DNA of 64,000 nt from Parcubacteria bacterium C7867-006 (GCA_001189155.1 LFCP01000001.1:147779-211778), one strand, 5' to 3'. Positions 28,238-37,782 are shown, counted from the first letter of the stretch. The notes: generated from the sequence alone by a model not told the origin. Made by a program: numbers and translations.

Positions 28238-28831
28238 ATGGACGAAACACAAAAACTAAAAGAACAAATAGCTATTTTGGAGTTTAAGATAAATGAGTTA
28301 GAGAAAGATCTTATTCATGATTCATTAACTGGATTGAGAACAAGAGATTTTTTTGAGGAGGAAACTGCTGTTTATTTGTCTACTATATTAAAAGTTGAAG
28401 AGGGGAAGAGAAAAGATTGGTTTGGTTTCAGGAATCTTTCTGTATTATTTTTTGATATTGATAATTTTAAAATTATAAATGACACATATGGTCATGATGT
28501 TGGTGATATGGTTTTGGAAAAAGTATCAGGAATAATAAAACAAAGTATTAGAGAGGGAGACACTGCTGCGCGATGGGGCGGTGAAGAGATTGTGGTGTCA
28601 TTATTGGGCGCTAATGAAGCAGATGCAAAAAGTAAGGCTGATGATATTAGAGCAAGAATAGAAAATTATGTTTTTGAGTTAAAGCCAGAACTAAGAGTTA
28701 CTATTAGTGCTGGTGTTGCTAGTTATGAAAATGGTATTGATTTGCATGAGTTAATAAAAAATGCGGATAAGTCTCTTTATAAAGCAAAAGAGTCTGGAAG
28801 AAACAAAGTCATAGCATTTTCTGAAATATAA
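28238..28831 (+). CDS. GGDEF-domain diguanylate cyclase
   Basis: DSLTGL, DIDNFKIINDTYGHDVGD, RWGGEEI, ADKSLYKAKESGRN. Confidence 0.92.
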   Translation: MDETQKLKEQIAILEFKINELEKDLIHDSLTGLRTRDFFEEETAVYLSTILKVEEGKRKDWFGFRNLSVLFFDIDNFKIINDTYGHDVGDMVLEKVSGIIKQSIREGDTAARWGGEEIVVSLLGANEADAKSKADDIRARIENYVFELKPELRVTISAGVASYENGIDLHELIKNADKSLYKAKESGRNKVIAFSEI

Positions 28832-28873
28832 ATATGTTTTCGTGTAATTAATTTGAATAGGGTCTGAAGATTG

Positions 28874-28960
28874 GGAGAGTTCGCATAGCGGTCTAGTGCG
28901 CTCGCTTGGAAAGCGGGTAAGGGAGAGATCCCTTCAGGAGTTCGAATCTCCTACTCTCCG
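28874..28960 (+). tRNA. tRNA-Ser(GGA)
   Basis: GGAGAGT/ACTCTCC acceptor, CTCGC-TT GGA AA-GCGGG anticodon arm, long variable arm, AGGAG-TTCGAAT-CTCCT; no encoded CCA. Confidence 0.95.
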
Positions 28961-28983
28961 CTAATTAGTTATATAATTTTATT

Positions 28984-29475
28984 ATGGAAAATTTAAGAAA
29001 TTCTACTCTCATATTTTTAGTAAATACAGATGGCAATAAAATTACTAAAGTTTGCCTAGCTATGAAAAAGCGAGGTTTCGGAGCTGGTAGATGGAATGGA
29101 GTTGGTGGAAAAGTTGAAAGCGGTGAGACCATAGAAGACGCAGCAAAAAGAGAAGCAAAAGAAGAGATAGGTGTAAATATAGAAATTATCAAAAAAGTTG
29201 GAGAGATATCTTTTTATTTTCCACACAAAACTGAATGGAATCAGCTGGTCAGTATATTTTTTTCAGACAAATGGATTGGAGAACCATCCGAGAGTGAAGA
29301 AATGAGACCAGAATGGTTTGAGATTGATAAAATTCCTTTTGATAAAATGTGGCCAGATGACAAGTTTTGGTTACCAATTGTTTTGGGTGGAAAGTTAATA
29401 AAAGGAAGTTTTACTTTTTTGGACGGTGATATAATAAAGGATGAAAAAGTGGAGATAGTTGATTCTTTAAACTAA
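28984..29475 (+). CDS. NUDIX hydrolase, 8-oxo-dGTPase (MutT/MTH1-like)
   Basis: KKRGFGAGRWNGVGGKVESGETIEDAAKREAKEEIG; SEEMRPEW; MWPDD. Confidence 0.9.
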   Translation: MENLRNSTLIFLVNTDGNKITKVCLAMKKRGFGAGRWNGVGGKVESGETIEDAAKREAKEEIGVNIEIIKKVGEISFYFPHKTEWNQLVSIFFSDKWIGEPSESEEMRPEWFEIDKIPFDKMWPDDKFWLPIVLGGKLIKGSFTFLDGDIIKDEKVEIVDSLN

Positions 29476-30407
29476 TGTCTAATACTTCAAAAAATATAAT
29501 TAGTGCCCTCATTCTTCTCGGAGTGATTTTTTATTTTCGAACAACATTACAGAATTATTGGCGTTATCTAGAGAGAACATATTTCCCTTGTAAATCTCCA
29601 ATTAGTTACAGTATCGGAACATTTGATACAAGATTTGGAGTTTCAAAAGCTGATTTTCTTTCAGCTATGAAAGAAGCAGAGGCAATATGGGAAAAACCTA
29701 TTGGTAAGGATTTATTTTCTTATTCAACAGACGGAGCTTTAAAAGTAAATCTTATCTATGACACTCGTCAGGAGACAACAAAACAATTGCAGGTTATGGG
29801 TATAACATTGAAAAATGATAAAGCCACATATGATGAAGTAAAAGCAAAATACGAAACTGTTTTGGTCCAATACAATCAAGAAAAAGCAGAGTTTGAGTCT
29901 AGAGTTTCTGCTTTTGAAATACGTAAAACTACATATGAAACAGCGGTCGCACAAGCAAATAGAAGAGGTGGTGCTGATAAAACAACATATGCAAAACTGA
30001 CTGCTGAAAAAGAGTATCTGCAAAATGAAAGCGCCTCACTGGTTAATTTACAAAACCAGTTAAATAAGGATGCTAGTAATGTTAACTCTCTCGTTTCTGC
30101 ACTAAATGATTTAGCAAAAGCTCTAAATATAAATGTTAAAAATTACAATACAATAGGAGATAATCTTGGTGGTGAGTTTGACGAGGGTTTGTATAAAGTT
30201 GATGCCAATGGAGAGGAAATAGATATCTATCAGTTCGATAATAGAACAAAACTTATTAGAGTCTTGGCTCATGAGTTAGGTCACGCTTTGGGTTTGGATC
30301 ATAATGAGGATCCAAAAGCTATAATGTACAGATTAAACAACGGTGTTAATGAAAAGCTAACAAATACTGATTTGATTGAGCTGAAAAATCTGTGCGGAAT
30401 TAAATAG
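29475..30407 (+). CDS. Matrixin (M10)-family zinc metalloprotease with coiled-coil insertion
   Basis: HELGHALGLDH...AIMY; N-terminal TM; central coiled coil. Confidence 0.85.
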   Translation: MSNTSKNIISALILLGVIFYFRTTLQNYWRYLERTYFPCKSPISYSIGTFDTRFGVSKADFLSAMKEAEAIWEKPIGKDLFSYSTDGALKVNLIYDTRQETTKQLQVMGITLKNDKATYDEVKAKYETVLVQYNQEKAEFESRVSAFEIRKTTYETAVAQANRRGGADKTTYAKLTAEKEYLQNESASLVNLQNQLNKDASNVNSLVSALNDLAKALNINVKNYNTIGDNLGGEFDEGLYKVDANGEEIDIYQFDNRTKLIRVLAHELGHALGLDHNEDPKAIMYRLNNGVNEKLTNTDLIELKNLCGIK

Positions 30408-30475
30408 CTCAGATATTTACTTGTATATTTTCTGATGCTAGTATCTTTTGGGACGTACAAACACATGGGGGGTTT

Positions 30476-30658
30476 ATGTTGTATTTGCGCGGGGTGTCTG
30501 GTCCGAGAAAGATACTCGCAACTCATCCTGAACTGAAGGAACTGCCGCCATTTGAGCGGACAGTCGCCATGATTAGGCTTCTCCGTCAGGAAGCTGAACG
30601 GCTCAAGTCGAAGAAGATCGAACAGTTCGATCGCGAAATTCCAGAATTGTTGTTCTGA
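30476..30658 (+). CDS. GC-rich orphan small protein (cassette 2, 60 aa)
   Basis: TTTACT-17 nt-TAGTAT promoter (30416-30444); GGGGGG SD; about 54% GC. Confidence 0.6.
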   Translation: MLYLRGVSGPRKILATHPELKELPPFERTVAMIRLLRQEAERLKSKKIEQFDREIPELLF

Positions 30659-30667
30659 ACACTCCAC

Positions 30668-30691
30668 ACAGTCGGGCTTCGGCCCGACTGT
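30668..30691. terminator. Strong hairpin between cassette 2 and tRNA-Gly
   Basis: ACAGTCGGGC-TTCG-GCCCGACTGT perfect 10-bp stem with a UUCG loop. Confidence 0.7.
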
Positions 30692-30702
30692 TCCCGTTTT
30701 TG

Positions 30703-30773
30703 TGCGGGATACGAGAATCGAACTCGTGTCTCATCCTTGGGAAGGACGTATCATACCACTAAACTAATCCCGC
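30703..30773 (-). tRNA. tRNA-Gly(CCC)
   Basis: Reverse complement: GCGGGAT acceptor, CGTCC-TT CCC AA-GGATG anticodon arm, ACGAG-TTCGATT-CTCGT; no encoded CCA. Confidence 0.95.
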
Positions 30774-30853
30774 TTATCCAGGATTATATCACCGCATTCA
30801 TATTCTACAATTTTAAACTTTTATATTTTAAAAATATTGTTATAATGCTTTTT

Positions 30854-31531
30854 ATGACAAAAAATATTTTAATTAGTCTCGTCTTGGTTTGTGGAATATC
30901 TGTCTGTGGCTATTATTTATTCTCAGACAAAAAATCTGAAGTTGCAGGTTCTCTTGTTTCAAGTATCCCTGCTGTTGATAATACTACTCAGGTAGCGACA
31001 ACAGCTGTTTCTCCTGTTACTTCCTTAACGGAGTCGGCTCAAATTAAAAGTGATGATAAAAAAACACATATGATTACAATAGATACAAATTATGGAAAGA
31101 TAGTTTTTGAAACTTACGATGCAGATGCTCCAAATACCGTAAAAAACTTTGTAACTTTAGCAGACAAAGGATTTTATAACGGCCTTACATTCCATCGAGT
31201 AATAAAAGGCTTTATGATTCAGGGAGGGGATCCAAATGGAAATGGAACTGGAGGTCCTGGTTATCAGTTTGCTGATGAACTTGACCCAAATACACCATCA
31301 TATAAAGCTGGTTATAAAAAGGGAGTTGTTGCTATGGCTAATGCCGGCCCAAATACAAACGGAAGTCAGTTTTTTATAATGACAGCAGACTATCCGCTAC
31401 CTAACAACTACACTATTTTTGGGAAAGTTGTTTCAGGTCAGGATGTTGTAGATAAGATCGCAAGTGTCCAAACTGGGGCTAATGACAAGCCTGCTTCTCC
31501 TGTTGTAATGAAAACTGTTACAGCAAATTAA
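30854..31531 (+). CDS. Membrane-anchored cyclophilin-type peptidyl-prolyl isomerase
   Basis: FYNGLTFHRVIKGFMIQGGDP, AMANAGPNTNGSQFFI; start re-assigned because the track start overlaps the tRNA. Confidence 0.93.
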   Translation: MTKNILISLVLVCGISVCGYYLFSDKKSEVAGSLVSSIPAVDNTTQVATTAVSPVTSLTESAQIKSDDKKTHMITIDTNYGKIVFETYDADAPNTVKNFVTLADKGFYNGLTFHRVIKGFMIQGGDPNGNGTGGPGYQFADELDPNTPSYKAGYKKGVVAMANAGPNTNGSQFFIMTADYPLPNNYTIFGKVVSGQDVVDKIASVQTGANDKPASPVVMKTVTAN

Positions 31532-31536
31532 GTCTA

Positions 31537-31566
31537 TTGACTTTCGAATGCAATAGGTGGTATAAT
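31537..31566 (+). promoter_or_regulatory. Sigma70 promoter of the RRM gene
   Basis: TTGACT-18 nt-TATAAT with TG extension, about 110 nt upstream of the ATG. Confidence 0.65.
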
Positions 31567-31676
31567 AGTACCAATGTAAGTTTCTCACAGGTTTTCGCAT
31601 TTTCATTTTTGAAAGTAGGAAAAGGAGAGAGTACTAGTCGTCTTACAGTTTTAAAATAAAGACTAGTGAAAATATA

Positions 31677-31988
31677 ATGGCAAAGAAGTTATACGTAGGA
31701 GGTATTGCATATTCTACTTCAGAGACAGCATTGAAAGATGCTTTCGCTCAGGTTGGAGAAGTTACATCTGCTACAATTATCATGGATAGAATGACAGGCC
31801 GATCAAAAGGATTCGGTTTCGTCGAGATGGCAAACGATGCTGACGCAGAGGCTGCTATCGCAAAGTGGAATGGTCAGGAACTAGATGGACGAAAGCTTAC
31901 AGTAAATGAAGCTCGACCTATGGAACCTAGAGCACCACGAACAGGAGGCTTTGATCGTGGAAACGATCGAGGTGGCCGAACATGGTAA
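31677..31988 (+). CDS. RRM RNA-binding protein
   Basis: KLYVGG (RNP2), KGFGFVEM (RNP1), RGG-like tail. Confidence 0.95.
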   Translation: MAKKLYVGGIAYSTSETALKDAFAQVGEVTSATIIMDRMTGRSKGFGFVEMANDADAEAAIAKWNGQELDGRKLTVNEARPMEPRAPRTGGFDRGNDRGGRTW

Positions 31989-32017
31989 TCTCTCCGTTTA
32001 GTTTTAAAGGCTAAACA

Positions 32018-32059
32018 AACAAAAAACCGCAGAGTTTAATTGCTCAGCGGTTTTTTGTT
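32018..32059 (+). terminator. Intrinsic terminator
   Basis: AACAAAAAACCGC...GCGGTTTTTTGTT. Confidence 0.75.
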
Positions 32060-32092
32060 GTCTCAAAATACTCACGTGATACAATTAACACA

Positions 32093-32551
32093 ATGAAAAG
32101 TGATAAAATAGCTATAATTTTTATATTGGTAGCTGTTTTTATAATTATTGTTGTTCTTTTATCTAACTTTACTTATAGGGCAAGGGTTGTTGTTGGGGGT
32201 GCTGTTTTCAATGTGGATGTTGCTGAGACAAAATATCTCTTAGAAAAGGGTCTTTCTGGTCATAAACCTCTTACAAAAGATGAGGGAATGTTTTTTGTTT
32301 TTCAAAAACCAGATAATTACGGATTTTGGATGAAAGATATGCTTTTTCCAATAGATATCATATGGATCAGTTCAGATTTTAAGATTACACACATAGAAAA
32401 ATCTGTTTTACCAGAAACTTATCCAAAAGTTTTTTATCCAGAAATAGATTCAATGTATGTTTTGGAGATTTCTGCTGGTAGTTCTGATGCTTTAAATTTA
32501 AAAATTGGTGATTCTGTGCAATTCTTTAGAAAGACTTCAAAAAACTCCTAA
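32093..32551 (+). CDS. DUF192 domain protein
   Basis: EKGLS...EGMFFVF...FWMKDMLFPIDIIWI...YVLEISAG. Confidence 0.9.
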   Translation: MKSDKIAIIFILVAVFIIIVVLLSNFTYRARVVVGGAVFNVDVAETKYLLEKGLSGHKPLTKDEGMFFVFQKPDNYGFWMKDMLFPIDIIWISSDFKITHIEKSVLPETYPKVFYPEIDSMYVLEISAGSSDALNLKIGDSVQFFRKTSKNS

Positions 32552-32619
32552 ACAAAAGCCTATTTTGGCGAGGTACTTTACATATTTTTTAATTCGTTTT
32601 ATGGCGATCCAGAAAGGGT

Positions 32620-32628
32620 TTATCCACA
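32620..32628 (+). promoter_or_regulatory. DnaA box upstream of nrdA
   Basis: Perfect TTATCCACA. Confidence 0.55.
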
Positions 32629-32765
32629 GTTCTTTCTGTATGAGTTTGGAGTAAAATTGATAAACAAATCTGAAAAATATTGATGATTTTCATAAAAAAT
32701 CATCAATATTTTATAAAAAGCGCGAGAAATTATTAAAATTTATCAATTTTTAATTTATTTTTAAT

Positions 32766-35513
32766 ATGAGTATAACAGTCACTAGGCACGATGGTAAAAA
32801 AGAACCTTTCAATGCAGATAAAATCAATCGTTCTATAGAAAGAGCGTGCTACGGACTGTTTGATCCAGTCTCAAAAGTAACTCAAATCGCGACTGAAACA
32901 CAACTCACTCTTTATGATGGAATTACAACTGATGAAATGGATCAGGCGACCATTAATGCAGCTGTTCAAAATATAAAAGATGATATTGAGTACGACATAG
33001 TAGCAAAAAGACTTCTACTAAAAACTCTCTACAGACAAGTTATAAAAGATTTTCATCCTAGTGATGAGGTAGAAGTATTTGCAAACAAACATAGAATAAG
33101 TTTTATTGATTTTATAGAAACAGGAGTAGCAAACGGAAAGCTTCATCCAGAAATGAAAGCAAAGTTTAATCTAAATGAACTAGCGAACACACTTAAAATA
33201 GAAAGAGATGAGTTATTTCAGTATGCTGGACTAGATGGATTGATAAATAGATATTTAATAAAAGATATAAACCAGAAGCCTATTGAGGTTCCTCAGTACT
33301 TCTTTATGAGAATTGCAATGGGGCTTTCATATAATGAAAGCAACCCAACAGAAATGGCAAAGAAGTTTTACAACAAAATGTCCAGACTAGAGTATGTTGC
33401 TGGAGGTTCAACTAATCTTGCTGCTGGAACAATTAACCCTGCACTTTCTAACTGTTATTTGTTGGAAATTCAAGATGATATGAGACATATTGCAAAGTCT
33501 GTTTCTGATGTAATGCTTCTCTCAAAAGGTTCTGGAGGAATTGGAGCTTCTGTTACAAAACTTCGTGCTTCAGGTTCTCCATTGAGAAAATATGGAGGAA
33601 CATCTACTGGACCAACTCCATTTGCGAAAATAATCGATACTGCTATTCGTGCTATCCAAAGAGGTGGAAAGAAAAAAGGTGCTCTATGTTTCTATATGGA
33701 GAACTGGCACATTGATTTTCCAGAGTTTTTGGATTGGAAAAAGAATAATGGTGATGACTATATGAGAATGCGAACAGCAAACACTGCTGTATTTCTATCT
33801 GATGAGTTTATGAAGCGCGTAGCTTCTGGAGATGAGTGGTATATGTTTGATCCCGCCGAGACAGCTGATTTAAATGAATTGTACGGAGAGGCTTTTTCAA
33901 AGAGATACGTTGAGTATGTAGATATGGCTAACGCAGGAAAATTAAGAGCTTTTAAAAAAGTTCCAGCTAGTGAACAGTACAGACAAATTTTGACAGAACT
34001 ACAAAGTTCATCACATCCATGGCTCGTTTGGAAAGATTCAATAAATCTTAGAGCGTTAAACAATAACACTGGTACTATTCATATGAGTAACCTTTGTACA
34101 GAAATTTGTTTACCTCAAGACAGGGATAATGTTGCTGTATGTAATCTAGCATCACTTAACCTTGCAGCTCACATAAAAAATAAAGAAGTAAATTGGTCAC
34201 GACTAGAAGAGTCAGTCAGACTTGCAGTAAGACAGTTAGATAATCTTATTGATATAAATGTTCTTCCTATTCCAGAGGCTGCAAAGTCTGACAGAGAGAA
34301 CAGAGCAGTTGGACTTGGCGTTATGGGATTTTCTGACACTATTGAACAGCTTGGAATGTCTTATGACTCACCGCACGCATGGGATTTTGCTGACAGGATA
34401 TTTGAGTTCGTTTCATATATGGCGATAGATGAGTCAGCAAATCTAGCTCAAGAAAGAGGAAGTTATACAAATTTCCAGGGTTCAGAATGGTCTAAAGGAA
34501 AAGTTCCAATAGATACACTAGTTACTCTTGAGGAGGGAAGAGGGCGACCTCTTACAGTCTCTAAAACAAGTAAACATAAAGGACTTAATTGGGACGTTTT
34601 GAGATCAAAAGTTTCAAAGGGAATGCGAAACGCAACTCTAATGGCTGTAGCTCCAAATGCAAATATCGGTTTACTCGCAGCTACAACTCCAGGAATAGAT
34701 GCTAGATTTGCACAGGTATTTTCTAGAAATAAAATTTCAGGAAAATATCTAGATATAAATCATAATCTCGTAAAAGATTTAAAAAATATGGGAATCTGGG
34801 ATGATGTAAAGGAGCAGATTATTGAAAATCAAGGAGATATTGCTGGAATATCACTTATTCCTCCTCACATAAAAGAAGTTTACAAAACATCATTTACAAC
34901 TTCACCTTATGCGTATATTGAAGTTGCTGCTAGAGCACAAAAATGGGTTGATCAAGCTTTATCACGAAATATGTATCTAGAAACTAGAGATATTGATGAG
35001 ACTATGCAGATATATAGTACTGCTTGGGAAAAAGGTTTGAAGTCTACATACTATCTACATATGAAACCTAGACATACAGCAGAGCAGAGCACAACAAATG
35101 TAAATAAAGCTGCAAAAATTGGAAAGGTTGGATTCGGTGCGTTGAATTTTTCAAATTCACCAGCTTTTTCTGCACCACTTCAGAAGTCTCTTGATGTAAA
35201 TGTTCCAACTCAGGCTCCGATAGTAGAACCTGTAGCAGTAGTTTCTCCTATGACAGCAAAACAAGAGGCTATTGCTAATATAACTTTGGAGGAAGAGATA
35301 TTGGTTTCAACTTCTATTGTAAAAACAGAGCCTGTATTTTCTCAACCAGTTATGGTAAAAGAGGAAGTAGTTGTTCAGGAAAAAGTTCTGGTTAGTGAGG
35401 CTCCAAGAAATGAATACAAACCTCTTGAGAGAGTGGTTGGGGAGAAAAAATATAATATTATCGCTCCGGAGGATCCGGCGGATAGTGATAATATTTGCAT
35501 CGCCTGCCAATAG
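32766..35513 (+). CDS. nrdA: Ribonucleoside-diphosphate reductase alpha subunit (class I) with ATP cone
   Basis: N-terminal ATP cone (VTRHDGKKEPF), LSNCYL, SNLCTEI, APNA, KSTYY, C-terminal CIAC. Confidence 0.95.
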   Translation: MSITVTRHDGKKEPFNADKINRSIERACYGLFDPVSKVTQIATETQLTLYDGITTDEMDQATINAAVQNIKDDIEYDIVAKRLLLKTLYRQVIKDFHPSDEVEVFANKHRISFIDFIETGVANGKLHPEMKAKFNLNELANTLKIERDELFQYAGLDGLINRYLIKDINQKPIEVPQYFFMRIAMGLSYNESNPTEMAKKFYNKMSRLEYVAGGSTNLAAGTINPALSNCYLLEIQDDMRHIAKSVSDVMLLSKGSGGIGASVTKLRASGSPLRKYGGTSTGPTPFAKIIDTAIRAIQRGGKKKGALCFYMENWHIDFPEFLDWKKNNGDDYMRMRTANTAVFLSDEFMKRVASGDEWYMFDPAETADLNELYGEAFSKRYVEYVDMANAGKLRAFKKVPASEQYRQILTELQSSSHPWLVWKDSINLRALNNNTGTIHMSNLCTEICLPQDRDNVAVCNLASLNLAAHIKNKEVNWSRLEESVRLAVRQLDNLIDINVLPIPEAAKSDRENRAVGLGVMGFSDTIEQLGMSYDSPHAWDFADRIFEFVSYMAIDESANLAQERGSYTNFQGSEWSKGKVPIDTLVTLEEGRGRPLTVSKTSKHKGLNWDVLRSKVSKGMRNATLMAVAPNANIGLLAATTPGIDARFAQVFSRNKISGKYLDINHNLVKDLKNMGIWDDVKEQIIENQGDIAGISLIPPHIKEVYKTSFTTSPYAYIEVAARAQKWVDQALSRNMYLETRDIDETMQIYSTAWEKGLKSTYYLHMKPRHTAEQSTTNVNKAAKIGKVGFGALNFSNSPAFSAPLQKSLDVNVPTQAPIVEPVAVVSPMTAKQEAIANITLEEEILVSTSIVKTEPVFSQPVMVKEEVVVQEKVLVSEAPRNEYKPLERVVGEKKYNIIAPEDPADSDNICIACQ

Positions 35514-35620
35514 AACCTTTAAATTTGACGAATACCACAAGGGTACTTCTTGTTTTCTAGCTCACTTCGTTCTCAAGAAAACAAAGTCGCTCCCTCGTTC
35601 AGTTTCATTTAAAAGTTCTA
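35511..35620. repeat. 110-nt rod-like inverted repeat between nrdA and nrdB
   Basis: TAGAACCTTTAAAT / ATTTAAAAGTTCTA ends; inner TTGTTTTCT / AGAAAACAA. Confidence 0.7.
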
Positions 35621-35660
35621 TGATGAGCAGATTATTTATAAATTTAATTAAAATAAAATC

Positions 35661-36668
35661 ATGACACTAATAGGAAAACCATCACCGACGGATATGAATT
35701 TGCATCCTCTAAATTATAAGTGGGCATATGATTTATATAATCAAGCAGTGAGAAATACTTGGTTTCCACATGAAATTGCTTTAAAGGAGGATTTGGAGGA
35801 TTTTGAAAAAATGACAGAGGATGAGAGGCATGCAGTAAAGTTTTTGATGGCCTTTTTTAATCCTGCAGAGCTCATAGTTAACAGGTCTATTGCTTTGGGT
35901 ATATATCCGTATTTGAAATCTCCAGAGTGTCATTTGTATCTAGCGAAACAAATGTGGGAAGAAGCAAACCACTGTGTGTCTTTTGAGTATGTTTTGGAAA
36001 CCTTTCCTTTCGATAGAGAGTCTGTTTTTAATACTCATCTAGAAGTTCCATCTATGATTGCGAAAGAGGCCTTCATAAACAAATACCTTTCTAGAATGAC
36101 AGATGACAAGCTTGATATTGATACAGTTGAGGGAAAGAAAGATTTTATTAGAAATTTAGTTGCTACAAATATTGTGATGGAGGGAGTTTGGTTCTATTCC
36201 GGTTTTATGGTTGCTCTTTCTTTTCGACAAAGAAATCAACTTAGAAACTTTGGTTCAATGATAAACTGGGTACTACGAGATGAAAGTTTACATCTAAAGT
36301 TTGGTATCAATCTCGTTCATAACATTTTGGAAGAAAATCCAGAACTACTAACAGAGGAGTTTGCTGCTGAAATCAGAAATATTGTCATAGAAGGTGTTGA
36401 TCTAGAGGTTGCTTATAATAAAGATCTATTCCCAAATGGAATACTTGGTCTAAATGCGGATTATGTTAACCAGTACGTACAATATGTCGCAGACAGAAGA
36501 CTTCAGGAGCTTGGAATGCCTAAATATTATAACGCAACAAACCCAGCAAAGTGGATGAGTACTGCGACAGATGTGTTTGAACTAGTAAACTTCTTTGAAT
36601 CACAGAACACTAGCTACGAGGTTGATTCTCATTCAAGTGGAACAAAAAAAGAAAATCCTGCCGAGTAG
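35661..36668 (+). CDS. nrdB: Ribonucleotide reductase beta subunit, class Ic (R2c)-type
   Basis: FFNPAE, EEANHCVSF, EGVWFYSGF, RDESLH, NFFE..TSY. Confidence 0.92.
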   Translation: MTLIGKPSPTDMNLHPLNYKWAYDLYNQAVRNTWFPHEIALKEDLEDFEKMTEDERHAVKFLMAFFNPAELIVNRSIALGIYPYLKSPECHLYLAKQMWEEANHCVSFEYVLETFPFDRESVFNTHLEVPSMIAKEAFINKYLSRMTDDKLDIDTVEGKKDFIRNLVATNIVMEGVWFYSGFMVALSFRQRNQLRNFGSMINWVLRDESLHLKFGINLVHNILEENPELLTEEFAAEIRNIVIEGVDLEVAYNKDLFPNGILGLNADYVNQYVQYVADRRLQELGMPKYYNATNPAKWMSTATDVFELVNFFESQNTSYEVDSHSSGTKKENPAE

Positions 36669-36737
36669 TTTTTACAGTTTCCCATTTTAGGAGTAAATTT
36701 GATATAATTTACCTATTATTTCTTGAACATTTTTAAT

Positions 36738-37781
36738 ATGTCATTTTTTAGCAAAAACAAAAAGATAAAAGTTGCGATAAACGGTTTTGGTAGAATCGGA
36801 AGACAATTCCTAAAAGAGAGTTGGGATAGAGAGGAACTAGAAGTTGTTGCTGTAAATGATTTAGGAAATGTTGATAATATGGCCTATCTTTTAAAGTACG
36901 ACACCGTGTATAAGACTTGGAAGCATGATGTATCTGTAAAGGATGGAAATCTGGTTATAGATGGACGAGTGGTAAAATTTGTTTCTGAAAAAGAACCAAC
37001 AAAACTTCCATGGAAGGATTTGGATATTGATGTGGTTGTGGAGTCCACAGGACTTTTCACTTCATATGACAAAGCATCTGTGCATCTACAAGCTGGAGCA
37101 AAAAAGGTTGTGATTTCTGCACCCGCAAAAGATGGTGATGATGCTGGCGTTAAAGGTGAAACTATTTTAATGGGTGTAAACGAAGAAAAGTTTGGAACAT
37201 GTGATGTAACTTCAAATGCATCTTGTACAACAAATGCAGCTTCACCACTCATTGCTATTATGGACGAGAACTTTGGTATAGAAAAAGCAATTCTTAACAC
37301 TGTGCATGGATATACAGCTAGTCAGGCCCTGGTTGACGGTCCATCAAAGAAAGATTTGAGAGAGGGAAGAGCAGCGGCACAAAATATAGTTCCATCATCA
37401 ACAGGTGCTGCTATAGCTGTTACAAAGGCATTTACAAAACTAGAGGGGTTATTTGATGGTATTTCTATCAGAGTACCAGTTCCAGCTGGGTCTATTGTTG
37501 ATGTAACTTTTATTTCAAAGAAAGAAACCACAGCAGAGGAGGTCAACGATGTGCTTAGAAAGGCTGCAGCCAACGACAGATGGAAAAATATTTTCTCTGC
37601 AACAGATGAGGAACTAGTTTCATCAGATATTTTGGGTAGTCATTATGGTTCTATTGCTGATCTCAAAATGACACGTGTTGTTGGTGGAAACCTGGTTAAA
37701 GTAATGGCTTGGTACGATAATGAGGCGGGATATACTCACACTCTCATAGACCATGTTATAAAAACGGCTAACGCCCAATAA
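36738..37781 (+). CDS. gap: Glyceraldehyde-3-phosphate dehydrogenase type I
   Basis: INGFGRIGR, SNASCTTN, WYDNE. Confidence 0.96.
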   Translation: MSFFSKNKKIKVAINGFGRIGRQFLKESWDREELEVVAVNDLGNVDNMAYLLKYDTVYKTWKHDVSVKDGNLVIDGRVVKFVSEKEPTKLPWKDLDIDVVVESTGLFTSYDKASVHLQAGAKKVVISAPAKDGDDAGVKGETILMGVNEEKFGTCDVTSNASCTTNAASPLIAIMDENFGIEKAILNTVHGYTASQALVDGPSKKDLREGRAAAQNIVPSSTGAAIAVTKAFTKLEGLFDGISIRVPVPAGSIVDVTFISKKETTAEEVNDVLRKAAANDRWKNIFSATDEELVSSDILGSHYGSIADLKMTRVVGGNLVKVMAWYDNEAGYTHTLIDHVIKTANAQ

Positions 37782-37782
37782 C

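Noticed and set aside
30737-30853. N-terminal extension of the PPIase ORF in the track
   Set aside because: It overlaps tRNA-Gly. A -10 box at 30841 supports the later start.
32620-32765. Possible replication origin (DnaA box plus AT-rich DNA)
   Set aside because: There is only one clear DnaA box and no dnaA/dnaN context, so promoter regulation is more plausible.
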